Source of the DNA: an uncultured Christensenellaceae bacterium
GTDB lineage: Bacteria > Bacillota > Clostridia > Christensenellales > CAG-1252
Direction of reading: 5' to 3'
DNA length: 64,000 nt
Assembly (NCBI GenBank): GCA_964561145.1
Contig: CAZLNZ010000006.1
Location: 1-64,000, forward strand
The translations under genes and the position numbers were made by a program. Within the stretch, counting starts at the first letter, position 1. The number at the start of each line of letters is the position of its first letter. Shown piece after piece: positions 1-8,610 of the stretch. The notes under the pieces were generated by a model. The model searched no databases and had not been told where the DNA came from. It saw only the letters and a program-made list of their open reading frames with translations.

Positions 1-3000
1 AAATCAATCTGCGGATATCAAAGCTCACTTTGAAGATTATAAAGGCGAACAAGTTGAGATGGATATCTCTTACTCTGCTGAATTTATTAATGCTGGCTCT
101 TACACCTTGACCGCTAGGTACGGAAATACTAACTATATTTATAACGACAATGAAAATAATGTAACAATAGCACAAAAGACATTGACAATAAGTGCGGACA
201 ACAAGAGTATTTATTATGGTGATAGCGTTACATTCTCCTATAATACTATCGGATTAATTGAGGGTGATAAGATAGGAACTATCGGCTATACTTGTAGTTA
301 TAGCGTAGGCTCTGATATAGGAAGCTATTCAGTTACTCCTTATGGTGCAGAAAACTCCAACTATATTATAGGTTACACCGATGGAATGCTTACAGTCACT
401 GCAAAGGTTGTTCGAATTGTTTGGGAAAGTGATGACTCGTATGTATATAGCGGAGCTTCTCAACTTGAGAGCGTAAAAGCTTACTATTTGGCATATACAA
501 ATGATAAAGTGTACGGTTCCTTAAGCTTATCCGGAGATTTCTCCGAGTTTAAGAATGCAGGTTCTTATACCTTTACAGTAACCTTTGCAAGCGATGCAAA
601 CTATAACGTACAAGGAGGTACAACAAAGTCTATAAATATAGCTAAAGCAACCTACAGCGGAATTACCCATGCAGGCTTCAAGGGAACCTATGATCCCCAA
701 GCAACCCTGAACGGTAACTATAGCTTTGGAGAGAATTCTCCATATAACTGGGTTAGTGGTTCAACAAAACCTGTAGTAAATACTAAGGAATATGCTGCAA
801 TCTACAATGCCGATCCTGTCAATTACGAAAACTTCCCATTGAACGTAAAGGTGGATTTGGAAAAAGCGACTTATTCTGATAGTGAGATTCCTAGCATCTA
901 CACCACGGAATTTGAGCTTGGAACATATGATCCTACGAATACACTGAAAAAATTATCAACCGATGGAAAAGTCACGTTGGCTAGCGGTTACTATTGGGTT
1001 GACGATAGTTTAGTACCTTCTGTAAGTACTGATGGTAAGAGCTATTCTGCTTACTATAATGCCGACTCTTACAACTACCATAATAAGGATGTCTCTGTCA
1101 TCATTAAAGTTTTGAGTAAGCTACAATTAAAAGAAGCCGATATACCTAATACTAGTATCACGCAAGACTTCGATCCCGAGAAGAAGGTCTCAGACTACCT
1201 TAATGATCTTCCTAATTCAGGTGCCGGTTTCAGCTTTGCAAGTACCGTAACAGATGCACAAAAGAATACTATCCTCAATGCTCGTGAGGCAGCTCATACC
1301 TTCGCTGTAATCTATAATCCTGATTCAACTAACTATGATGATTACACAACAGAAATAAGTATAACCATCAATAAGGCAAGCAGGAATGCAGAAGATCTCA
1401 AGAAAACCATTGACGGCGGCATATATGTTAAAGGAAATACCCTTGCAAATTACACTCTGCCCGAAGGATACACTTGGACTACTCCCTCAACCCCTGCTTC
1501 TCGTGATAGTACAGATGACAATGTGTACCCTGTCTTTACAGCAATTTGGAATGCGGGCTCGGAAACCTATCCTAACTATAACGAGTGTACCGGTGTCGAA
1601 ATCACCCTTAAACTTACCAAGGCGATTGTAACACTGGATGAAAAGGTATATGTTGATTGTAAGAATACGGATATTAATAAGAATGATAACAAAGATGTAA
1701 CCGTTGTACCGGAAGCATATTACAACGGATCGAAACTAGACGATTCACTATATGAACTAAGTTATCATAATACGACTAACGTATTTTCTCAAGGTGGAAC
1801 ATATTCTATGACGGTTTCCTTAAAATCTGAAAACTTCATGTTGGCAACGGAAGCGGTTACTGTATTAGCAAAAGTAAGAAGTGTTGCACTAAAATCTGAT
1901 ATAGACACTCTCTTGGAAATTGAAGATGCTTTATCCTTAACCACCAGCGATACAATAATAGTTATGTACAATACCATACTTAATAATAGTGCAACAGTAA
2001 ATAGTGGTGTAACTTTATTAGTACCTTATGGCGACCCCTCCGACGAAAATTTCGATTATACGCTAGGTGCAACAACTACAACGTCCGCAGGTATAGGCTC
2101 TTCGTATGTAACCCTTACTATTGGCGATGGAAAGAGACTTGATGTAAATGGAACAATAAATGTTTCCGGTTTACAGTACGGTGCATCAACCCAATATACC
2201 GGCTATACAACAGGAAATTATGGACAAGTTTCAATGGAAGATGGTTCTATTATCTATGTAAACAAAGGTGCTAATATATATTCATTTGGTTATGTAGTAG
2301 GAAGCGGTGATGTTGTATTACTTGATGGAGCGAATGGATATGAGCCATTAGATATTAAAGATTGGCCTGGTGGAAAAGCTTCATACCAAGCAAGAAACAC
2401 GTATTTTCCATTTAGTCAATTCCGCATAGCCAACATAGAAGTTTCTTTACGTATTTCCTATGGTGCAGCACTAAATGCACAATATCATATTTATGCTGAT
2501 GATACCAGTTTTGTAAATAGCATACAATTTGTAGGTAGCAGTGGCTTATTTGCGATTACTTCAGATGGAAGTTATATTGAAAAAAAATTGGATACGGCAA
2601 CAGGAAAAATCGATTTAACTTTATCAGGTTATGTGCAAACAAATAATATGACTGTCTCAGTGAAAGTTAAAATTGGTGTTAGCATGAACGTTGAAATGAG
2701 TACCTCAGGGAAGGAGATTCCTATTTGTGGTTATTACAATATTGTTGTTGCTAAAGGTGAAGTAACTGCAAATTCCAAGTTTAAATTGATGCCAGGTTCT
2801 TCTTTTATCATAAAAAAGGGTGCAAAGGTCACGGTTGCTGCTGATAGCAAAGCAGGAGTAATTGCCTATAACGGAAGTTCTCATCCTGATGTTTTCACGG
2901 GATTAAATAGTGATGGTAAAGGCACACGCGTTTATGGCGGTGATTTGACAAAAAAGAATATAAGGTCTGGCATTGTAAATAGTGTTGTTTATACCGCAGC

Positions 3001-3316
3001 ACAGCCTGCTATTTTTAAAGTCAATGGAGAGCTAGAAATGCTAGGTTATTCCGAGACAACCACTAACTGGCTTGGGAAACAAGAGACCACTACATATGGT
3101 GGGGTGCTTGGTGGCAATATAACCACAGAGTATGACTCGTCAAGGATTATAATAAACAAGCATGCCAGCACATCGGGTTCTTATATAATTAGTGTAAAAG
3201 CTGGTTCCTTGTTATCCTTAGATGATAAAACCACTTATGAATTCGCCGCCACCTCAGGAAGCACCACCCTTACTGCCGGTACGACCTACACCGGCAATGG
3301 TTCGACATTTGAATAA
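1..3316 (+). CDS. Large secreted/surface repeat protein, 5' partial. The frame is open from window position 2, so the first ATG at 59 is not the true start. N-terminal repeated Ig-like modules of MBG type (e.g. YSVTPYGAENSNYIIGYTDGMLTVTAK); C-terminal Gly/Thr/Ser-rich region suggestive of a beta-helix.
   Basis: 3.2-kb uninterrupted ORF with no stop upstream of 59 in the same frame. Internal repeats of the T-x-YDG/YTY type are visible in the translation. Stop codon at 3314-3316. Confidence 0.8.
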   Translation, partial: NQSADIKAHFEDYKGEQVEMDISYSAEFINAGSYTLTARYGNTNYIYNDNENNVTIAQKTLTISADNKSIYYGDSVTFSYNTIGLIEGDKIGTIGYTCSYSVGSDIGSYSVTPYGAENSNYIIGYTDGMLTVTAKVVRIVWESDDSYVYSGASQLESVKAYYLAYTNDKVYGSLSLSGDFSEFKNAGSYTFTVTFASDANYNVQGGTTKSINIAKATYSGITHAGFKGTYDPQATLNGNYSFGENSPYNWVSGSTKPVVNTKEYAAIYNADPVNYENFPLNVKVDLEKATYSDSEIPSIYTTEFELGTYDPTNTLKKLSTDGKVTLASGYYWVDDSLVPSVSTDGKSYSAYYNADSYNYHNKDVSVIIKVLSKLQLKEADIPNTSITQDFDPEKKVSDYLNDLPNSGAGFSFASTVTDAQKNTILNAREAAHTFAVIYNPDSTNYDDYTTEISITINKASRNAEDLKKTIDGGIYVKGNTLANYTLPEGYTWTTPSTPASRDSTDDNVYPVFTAIWNAGSETYPNYNECTGVEITLKLTKAIVTLDEKVYVDCKNTDINKNDNKDVTVVPEAYYNGSKLDDSLYELSYHNTTNVFSQGGTYSMTVSLKSENFMLATEAVTVLAKVRSVALKSDIDTLLEIEDALSLTTSDTIIVMYNTILNNSATVNSGVTLLVPYGDPSDENFDYTLGATTTTSAGIGSSYVTLTIGDGKRLDVNGTINVSGLQYGASTQYTGYTTGNYGQVSMEDGSIIYVNKGANIYSFGYVVGSGDVVLLDGANGYEPLDIKDWPGGKASYQARNTYFPFSQFRIANIEVSLRISYGAALNAQYHIYADDTSFVNSIQFVGSSGLFAITSDGSYIEKKLDTATGKIDLTLSGYVQTNNMTVSVKVKIGVSMNVEMSTSGKEIPICGYYNIVVAKGEVTANSKFKLMPGSSFIIKKGAKVTVAADSKAGVIAYNGSSHPDVFTGLNSDGKGTRVYGGDLTKKNIRSGIVNSVVYTAAQPAIFKVNGELEMLGYSETTTNWLGKQETTTYGGVLGGNITTEYDSSRIIINKHASTSGSYIISVKAGSLLSLDDKTTYEFAATSGSTTLTAGTTYTGNGSTFE
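886..1391. repeat. ~506-bp core identical to 12326..12831 in inverted orientation. This is the candidate homologous-recombination substrate shared by the expressed gene and the silent cassette.
   Basis: 168/168 identical amino acids (IPSIYTTEF...INKASRNA). DNA matches at both ends and at every interior position spot-checked. Identity stops abruptly on both sides. Confidence 0.85.
2580..2587 (+). repeat. Poly-A tract (A8) inside the coding sequence of the surface-protein gene, encoding E-K-K.
   Basis: gaaaaaaaattgg read directly from the sequence. Confidence 0.6.
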
Positions 3317-3357
3317 TAAACATCATAACAAAAACTTATACCGTTGCTCGCACTTAA

Positions 3358-3397
3358 GAACAACAATTAACTACTTTGTGTAAATTTACACTTTACA
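3358..3397. repeat. 3'-flank homology box shared (inverted) with 10497..10537. Contains the palindrome GTGTAAATTTACAC.
   Basis: The reverse complement of 10497-10537 matches gaacaacaattaactacttTgtgtaaatttacactttaca with one or two mismatches. Confidence 0.75.
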
Positions 3398-3422
3398 CCC
3401 CCCCTTTGCAATATACAAAAAT

Positions 3423-3455
3423 GCCGTTTGATTTCCACAACAGAAATCAAACGGC
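3423..3455. other. 12-bp stem hairpin (gccgtttgattt / aaatcaaacggc). The T-run lies on the minus-strand side only.
   Basis: Perfect inverted repeat with a 9-nt loop. No U-tract on the plus strand, so it is not a canonical terminator for the upstream gene. Confidence 0.4.
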
Positions 3456-3609
3456 TGTGAAATAAAAATATGAACTTAAACAAGGTTATTTCGCAATCTT
3501 GCCATTTATCGAAATAGCAGCGGCAGATTTTGTGCCATAATTCAACCATATTCGCTCTAAAAATGTGCAAAACGTTATTTTATTCGCTCAAAAAAAGTGT
3601 CGTTTGCTA

Positions 3610-3636
3610 TTGACTTTAGTTTGAATGTGGTATAAT
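3610..3636 (+). promoter_or_regulatory. Promoter-like element TTGACT-N15-TGgTATAAT, carrying the conserved GAATGTGGTATAATA module.
   Basis: -35 at 3610-3615 and extended -10 TGgTATAAT at 3628-3636. The same module recurs in the type-1 repeats. Confidence 0.4.
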
Positions 3637-3721
3637 ATTTTCACAAAGTTTTCAAATGACATTTAGACATGATTGCATTTTCTACTAAAAAAATGAAAAA
3701 TACTGTAAAGTTTATATGTAA

Positions 3722-3757
3722 ATGTCATACTGAGCGAAAGGAATGTGGTGTAATAGA
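3722..3757 (+). repeat. Type-1 short repeat ATGTCATACTGAGCG(A/G)AAGGAATGTGGT(A/G)TAATA, copy 1. It contains an extended -10-like TGgT(A/G)TAAT.
   Basis: Five copies in the window: 3722, 6131 and 6413 on the plus strand, 8611 on the minus strand, plus the module alone at 3623. Confidence 0.8.
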
Positions 3758-3843
3758 ATACAAAATAATTCAAATGATGAAGTGACATTCAAAAAAATTA
3801 GATAGTAAAAAAAAATCAGATTATTACTAAAGAACTGTATAAA

Positions 3844-3930
3844 ATGTCATACTGAGCGGAAGAAATTGGTAACAATTTCAGCAGTCGAACCCCATAGGGG
3901 CGAGGTGCAACCTCGGTATCTCATCCGCAT
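3844..3930 (+). repeat. Type-2 structured repeat, copy A. Layout: ATGTCATACTGAGCGGAAG, a variable hairpin, GTCGAA, hairpin CCCCAT(A/C)GGGG, hairpin CGAGGTGCAACCTCG, then GTATCTCATCCGCAT.
   Basis: Five copies with conserved flanks and a variable central segment. Copy D carries compensatory substitutions in both conserved hairpins. Confidence 0.8.
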
Positions 3931-4030
3931 TATTCCTAGACAAGGATTCAAATCACCATTGCTTTTGATTGAGGAATCACTTTCTCATACTAATAATCAT
4001 TAAAGAATACAGCATTGCATGTTTTAGTAT

Positions 4031-4085
4031 CCCCTATTATACCCCTTGACAAAAGGGTATAATAGGGGTATAATGGGTATAACGA
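4031..4085 (+). promoter_or_regulatory. Perfect consensus sigma70 promoter (TTGACA 4046-4051, 17-nt spacer, TATAAT 4069-4074) embedded in a 14-bp-arm palindrome (cccctattataccc / gggtataatagggg). It is followed by a second GGGTATAAC copy and drives the ATPase gene at 4100.
   Basis: Read directly: ccccTTGACAaaagggtataataggggTATAATgggtataacg. An AAGGAG ribosome-binding site sits at 4087-4092 and the ATG at 4100. An inverted variant lies at 10336-10392. Confidence 0.7.
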
Positions 4086-4099
4086 AAAGGAGATGTAAT

Positions 4100-5911
4100 A
4101 TGGACACTATGAATATACAAAATCGAATTACAGAACTTGAAGCACGTATTGAAACTTTACCCAAAGGTTCTATAGCTAAAAAGAGTATAAACGGTAAAAC
4201 ATATTACTATCATCGATACAACGAAAGCGGAAAGAGAGTCGAAAAGTATATTGATCATGATTCAGTGGAAACTCTTCGTAATCAAATTGATGAGCGAAAG
4301 CTTTTGGAGGCAAGATTGAAGGAGTTGAAGAAAAAAATCGATGTACCACTGAGGAAAACGCAAAAGAAAGAAGTGTTTACCTTTAATTCATCGATTCTTA
4401 TAGGTGATAAACTGAAAAGATTTGTTGCCGAAGTGAAGGCTTATAAAAAGAGGGAATGTTTCTCACAGCTTCATAATTTTATATACAACGATGTCAAGGA
4501 TAGAGTATTTATTCTATATGGTTTGCGTCGTACCGGGAAAACTACAATGATTCGTCAGGCACTTGCCGATATGACCGAAAAGGAAATAGCTAAATCTGCA
4601 TTTATTCAAGTTTCACCTAAAGATACGCTCGGGGGTGTTAACAAAGATTTGATGCTTTTGGAACAAGGTGGCTATAAGTATATTTTCATTGACGAGGTCA
4701 CCTTTATGGCTGACTTCATCGAGGGTGCGGCACTTTTCTCTGATGTATTTGCTACATGTGGTATGAAAATCGTTCTTTCAGGAACCGACTCTCTGGGCTT
4801 TATGCTATCTAAAAGCGAGCAGCTCTATGATAGGTGTATTCTCCTTCATACAACCTTTATCCCCTACAGAGAGTTTGAAAAAGTACTCGGTATAAAAGGG
4901 ATAGACGAATTTATTCGCTATGGTGGCACCATGAGCCTTGGCGGTATCAATTACAATGAAGGTTTTTCATTCAGTAATACGAATACAGTAAACGCATATG
5001 TTGACAGTGCAATTGCAAAAAACATCCAACACTCCTTAAAGTATTATCAGGATGGCAGTCATTTTCGCAATCTAGCAGATCTTTACGAAAAAAACGAGCT
5101 AACCAATGCTATCAATCGTGTGGTAGAAGACATTAACCATCGCTTTACAAAAGAAGTAATTACTCGTGAGTTTAAATCAGGTGATTTGTCACGTTCGGCA
5201 AGAAATTTACGCAGAGATCGCTTTGCACCAAATACAATCCTTGACGATATCGATATTAAAGCCGTAACCGAAGAGCTCAAGAGTCTTCTTGAAATCCTTG
5301 ACGAAGAGGATCAAATGGTTAAGGTGGACGACATCCACGCTGCAGAGATTAAAGAATATCTTATTCTTCTTGATCTGATTTACGAAATTGACGTGCGAAG
5401 TTTCCCGAATGTGAATGACATCAAAAAGAACATAGTTGTATCACAGCCCGGAATGAGATATGCACAGGCAAAGGCACTTGTTGAAAGCTTACTCCTCGAT
5501 GAAAAAATTAATGGGCTGAGCTTGCATGAACGTATGCAAGTAATCGAGAGGCTTTTAAGCGAGATTAAGGGCAGAATGATGGAGGACATCGTCCTACTTG
5601 AAACCAAGTTAGCAAAGCCTCAAAAAGATGTCTTTAAACTTCAATTTGCCATTGGAGAGTTCGATATGGTAGTGTTTGATCCGGAAAAATTATCCTGTGA
5701 AATATTCGAGATAAAATATAGTACCCAGATAGTAGATCAACAATATCGACACCTTATTGATGAGCAGAAATGTGCACAAACCGAACACCGTTTCGGTACA
5801 ATTAAGAATAAATACGTTATCTACCGTGGATTAACCGAGATTGTTAACGGTATACATTATATAAATGTTGAAGAATACCTGAACAATTTGTGTAACGATA
5901 ATTCCCTATAA
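4100..5911 (+). CDS. AAA+ ATPase of the AAA_14/DUF4143 family (COG1373-like). It has an N-terminal ~100-aa extension with a coiled coil and a possible AP2/arm-type DNA-binding motif.
   Basis: Walker A motif GLRRTGKTT; DUF4143-like C-terminus (FEIKYSTQIVDQQYRHLIDEQ). The start is placed at 4100 rather than the ORF-track 4046 because the RBS and promoter lie within 4046-4099. Confidence 0.7.
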   Translation: MDTMNIQNRITELEARIETLPKGSIAKKSINGKTYYYHRYNESGKRVEKYIDHDSVETLRNQIDERKLLEARLKELKKKIDVPLRKTQKKEVFTFNSSILIGDKLKRFVAEVKAYKKRECFSQLHNFIYNDVKDRVFILYGLRRTGKTTMIRQALADMTEKEIAKSAFIQVSPKDTLGGVNKDLMLLEQGGYKYIFIDEVTFMADFIEGAALFSDVFATCGMKIVLSGTDSLGFMLSKSEQLYDRCILLHTTFIPYREFEKVLGIKGIDEFIRYGGTMSLGGINYNEGFSFSNTNTVNAYVDSAIAKNIQHSLKYYQDGSHFRNLADLYEKNELTNAINRVVEDINHRFTKEVITREFKSGDLSRSARNLRRDRFAPNTILDDIDIKAVTEELKSLLEILDEEDQMVKVDDIHAAEIKEYLILLDLIYEIDVRSFPNVNDIKKNIVVSQPGMRYAQAKALVESLLLDEKINGLSLHERMQVIERLLSEIKGRMMEDIVLLETKLAKPQKDVFKLQFAIGEFDMVVFDPEKLSCEIFEIKYSTQIVDQQYRHLIDEQKCAQTEHRFGTIKNKYVIYRGLTEIVNGIHYINVEEYLNNLCNDNSL

Positions 5912-5940
5912 CACGCATCTATAAAATCCATACATCGTAG

Positions 5941-5971
5941 GGCGGGGACTTGACTCCCGCCGAATCTTTTT
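5941..5971 (+). terminator. Rho-independent terminator after ATPase 1: GC stem gcggggA...Tcccgc followed by a T-run.
   Basis: ggcggggacttgactcccgccgaatcttttt. Confidence 0.55.
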
Positions 5972-6130
5972 ACACTACGGTGTTCCACACGCCTGCTATC
6001 CCTCAATCTCTAGGCTACGCCTTTCGACAGCCCCTTTTTCACAAGCAATGTGTTGGCTTAAGAAAACCTGTATAAACACAAGCAAAAGTGGTATTAAAAG
6101 GATATCGATTTACAGCAAAATCACATCTCA

Positions 6131-6165
6131 ATGTCATACTAAGCGGAAGGAATGTGGTATAATAA
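6131..6165 (+). repeat. Type-1 repeat, copy 2.
   Basis: atgtcatactaagcggaaggaatgtggtataataa. Confidence 0.8.
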
Positions 6166-6248
6166 ATTAAAAAAGTAAATGCCAAAGTACACTATAGAAT
6201 GCAAAAATCCTTCTAGAAAATCGAAAAGTATCGCAAAAGTATACATTA

Positions 6249-6410
6249 ATGTCATACTGAGCGGAAGGTGAAGCCTGGAGTCGAACCCCATCGGGGCGAG
6301 GTACAATCTCGGTATCTCATCCGCATTCACTCGCATTGCTTTACACAAGGCAGCCTTTTCCTATGGTGTGTTAATACAAAATTCTAAAATAATTGCCGGC
6401 AAATTATCTA
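6249..6410 (+). repeat. Type-2 repeat, copy B (6249-6326), plus a conserved 3' extension (tcactcgcattgctttacacaaggcagccttttcctatggtgtgttaatacaaaat..). The extension is shared with copy C.
   Basis: The extension at 6327-6400 is near-identical to 6621-6690. Confidence 0.8.
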
Positions 6411-6412
6411 AA

Positions 6413-6447
6413 ATGTCATACTGAGCTAAAGGAATGTGGTACAATAA
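6413..6447 (+). repeat. Type-1 repeat, copy 3.
   Basis: atgtcatactgagctaaaggaatgtggtacaataa. Confidence 0.75.
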
Positions 6448-6542
6448 TTTCAAAAAGAACTAAAATCACAAAAAACATGCAGAGAAATTGAAACGCTATA
6501 ATATAGTGCGAATATTGGCAATAATACCAGTAATCCATATAA

Positions 6543-6700
6543 ATGTCATACTGAGCGGAAAGCGAAGCTTGTAGTCGAACCCCATCGGGACGAGGTGCAA
6601 CCTCGGTATCTCATCCGCATTCACTCGCATTGCTTTACACAAGGCAGCCTTTTCCTATGGTGTATTAATGCAAAATCTTAAAATAATTATCAGTAAATTG
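6543..6700 (+). repeat. Type-2 repeat, copy C (6543-6620), plus the shared 3' extension. Together with 8449-8527 (minus strand) it forms a perfect ~80-bp inverted repeat with an identical variable segment (AGCGAAGCTTGTA).
   Basis: The reverse complement of 8449-8527 aligns base-for-base with 6543-6620 apart from about two mismatches. Confidence 0.85.
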
Positions 6701-6706
6701 TTTAAG

Positions 6707-6790
6707 ATGTCATACTGAGCGAAGGCGTAGCCGTAGTCGAACTCCGCAGGAGCGACACTCGGTGTCGGTATCTCATCCTTGTTAATCGGC
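6707..6790 (+). repeat. Type-2 repeat, copy D, divergent. Hairpin 2 changes from cccc-atc-gggg to ctcc-gca-ggag. Hairpin 3 changes from cgagg-tgcaa-cctcg to cgaca-ctcgg-tgtcg. Both changes are compensatory.
   Basis: Base pairing is preserved while the primary sequence changes on both strands of each stem. Confidence 0.75.
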
Positions 6791-6910
6791 ATCTCAATCC
6801 TTATAAAAAGGTCGCAGTGACATAAAAATGTACTGTATCATAAATTTAAATCCAAAATTAAGCCCTCCCTATGTTACTCTTGCAAAAATGTTTTGCTGTT
6901 TTACACAACA

Positions 6911-6993
6911 ATATTGAAAAGTCAACAAAATTAACCTTAAAAACTATTGAAAAGTCAATGAATATGTGTTAAAATAATATTGAAAAGTCAATG
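6911..6993 (+). repeat. Three direct repeats of (A)TATTGAAAAGTCAA(T/C), starting near 6911, 6944 and 6975, immediately upstream of and overlapping the start region of ATPase 2.
   Basis: Spacing of ~33 bp, which is about three helical turns. Confidence 0.7.
6947..6975 (+). promoter_or_regulatory. Promoter TTGAAA-N17-TGtTAAAAT for ATPase 2, overlapping the middle direct repeat.
   Basis: -35 at 6947-6952; extended -10 at 6967-6975; GGAGG at 6994-6998; ATG at 7003. Confidence 0.5.
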
Positions 6994-7002
6994 GAGGTGT
7001 CT

Positions 7003-8319
7003 ATGCTTTACAGAAAAATTGAAAAAGTTATTACTTCTCATCTAAAATCCGGCACTAACAAAATATTAATTGTAGATGGTGCAAGACAGGTTGGTAAGTC
7101 TTATATAATTAGATATATTGGAAAAAAGCTTTTTAAAAACTATGTTGAGATAAATCTCTTAGAGGATTCTTTAGGTAGGAAAGCCTTTGAAAATGTTAGA
7201 ACTGTTAAAGACTTTTACTTTCGTGTAAGTATGTTCGCAGGCAATAATATGGGTTCTAAGGAAGATACCATCATTTTTCTCGATGAAATACAAGTATACC
7301 CCCATTTGCTCACATTACTAAAATTTTTAAGGGAAGATGACAAGTATAACTATATCGCAAGCGGGTCTTTATTGGGCGTTACTCTTGCAAAAACCTCATC
7401 TATTCCTATGGGTAGTATTTCCGTGGTTCAAATGTACCCTTTGGATTTCGAAGAGTTTTTATATGCCAATGGCTTTAATGAATTTGCAATTACCTCAATG
7501 AAAGAGCATTTTCAAAATATGCAAAGCCTTGAACCGACTGTACATGACTCTATACTTGATTTGTTTAAGAAATATCTGTTAATTGGCGGACTGCCCGATG
7601 CCGTTAACACCTATTTAACCGGTTTTAATATAGTCGCTGTAAGGGAAATTCAAAAAGAAATCCACGAGTTTTATAGTGCTGATGCCTCTAAATACGATAC
7701 GGAAAACAAATTAAAAATACGTCGTATTTATGATATGATACCATCGACTTTGGAGAACAAAAAAAAGAGAGTGGTAATTAAGGATATCGAAAATATAAAA
7801 GGAAAAACCTATTCTCACTATCAGGATGAGTTTGACTATTTGATTTACTCGGGAATTGCATTAGACGTAAAAGCAATCTCAACGCCCACTTTTCCGTTAA
7901 TAGAGTCAAGCGAAAAAAACTTGCTTAAGCTTTATCTTAACGATGTCGGAATACTTACAAGCATTCTTTATAATAATAACATTCTTGCGGTTCTGGATAA
8001 CGAAAAGAGTGTTAATCTTGGCACGGTTTATGAAAGCGTTGTTGCAAGCGAATTGAAGGCACATGGTAAGAGTTTGTTTTATTATGACAATCGCAGTAAC
8101 GGAGAGGTGGATTTTTTAATAGATGATTACGATAATCTATCGGCACTGCCAATTGAGGTAAAGTCAGGCAAGGACTATACGATTCACAGCGCCCTAAATA
8201 GATTTGTAACCAATAGTGATTATAATGTAAAAAAAGGGTATGTTTTATCAAATGAAAGGGAAGTATTTACTAACGGAAAAATAACATATCTTCCTATTTA
8301 CTATGTAATGTTCCTTTAA
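7003..8319 (+). CDS. AAA+ ATPase of the AAA_14/DUF4143 family, paralogous to the gene at 4100..5911.
   Basis: Walker A motif GARQVGKSY; C-terminal DUF4143 motif (PIEVKSGKDYTIHSALNRF). The start is placed at 7003 (GGAGG RBS) rather than the ORF-track 6991. Confidence 0.7.
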   Translation: MLYRKIEKVITSHLKSGTNKILIVDGARQVGKSYIIRYIGKKLFKNYVEINLLEDSLGRKAFENVRTVKDFYFRVSMFAGNNMGSKEDTIIFLDEIQVYPHLLTLLKFLREDDKYNYIASGSLLGVTLAKTSSIPMGSISVVQMYPLDFEEFLYANGFNEFAITSMKEHFQNMQSLEPTVHDSILDLFKKYLLIGGLPDAVNTYLTGFNIVAVREIQKEIHEFYSADASKYDTENKLKIRRIYDMIPSTLENKKKRVVIKDIENIKGKTYSHYQDEFDYLIYSGIALDVKAISTPTFPLIESSEKNLLKLYLNDVGILTSILYNNNILAVLDNEKSVNLGTVYESVVASELKAHGKSLFYYDNRSNGEVDFLIDDYDNLSALPIEVKSGKDYTIHSALNRFVTNSDYNVKKGYVLSNEREVFTNGKITYLPIYYVMFL

Positions 8320-8448
8320 CTAAAATCCAACTTTATCTTCTCATTTTCAACCGAACGAATGAAATCCTCATAAATTTAGCAGCCAATTTCTTGAAGCGAG
8401 GCAAAATCCTAAAGAATGGCTCGAGTGCCGTAAAGAAAATTGCCTTTT

Positions 8449-8527
8449 ATGCGGATGAGATACCGAGGTTGCACCTCGCCCCGATGGGGTTCGACTACAA
8501 GCTTCGCTTTCCGCTCAGTATGACTTA
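8449..8527 (-). repeat. Type-2 repeat, copy E, in inverted orientation. It is the right-hand partner of copy C flanking ATPase 2.
   Basis: See the 6543 entry. Confidence 0.85.
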
Positions 8528-8610
8528 ATGTATAACTTTGTTATATTATCGATTTTTTAGAAGTATTCCTGTATTTTAGAGTGCTATTTTATCATTTACT
8601 TTTTCAATAT

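Noticed and set aside
1386-1977. Small ORFs (81 aa plus strand, 62 aa minus strand) nested in the surface-protein gene; similarly 11260-11946 in the cassette.
   Set aside because: They are out-of-frame or antisense within a much longer ORF that carries clear protein-repeat signal.
3844-3930. Type-2 repeat as a tRNA or tRNA-like gene, because of GTCGAACCCC.
   Set aside because: There is no cloverleaf: no acceptor stem pairing the ends, and no D-arm or anticodon-arm geometry. The GTTCGA-like stretch is not flanked by a T-stem.
3844-3930. Type-2 repeat as a hammerhead ribozyme, because of CTGAGCGGAAG and GTCGAA.
   Set aside because: The required CUGANGA core is absent (the sequence has CUGAGCG), and no GAAA lies adjacent to a helix in the correct register.
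4046-4099. ORF-track start of ATPase 1 at 4046.
   Set aside because: It would translate through the -35/-10 promoter and the RBS. The ATG at 4100 has a proper AAGGAG spacing.
4100-4400. Phage-integrase arm-binding domain at the ATPase-1 N-terminus, implying a recombinase.
   Set aside because: Only a short motif resemblance. The rest of the protein is an AAA_14/DUF4143 ATPase with no tyrosine-recombinase catalytic domain. Kept only as a low-confidence note.
6100-6800. Possible CRISPR array, given the clustered repeats.
   Set aside because: The repeats are of two different kinds, non-identical, irregularly spaced (83-290 bp), and each carries its own internal hairpins. There are no uniform spacers and no cas genes.
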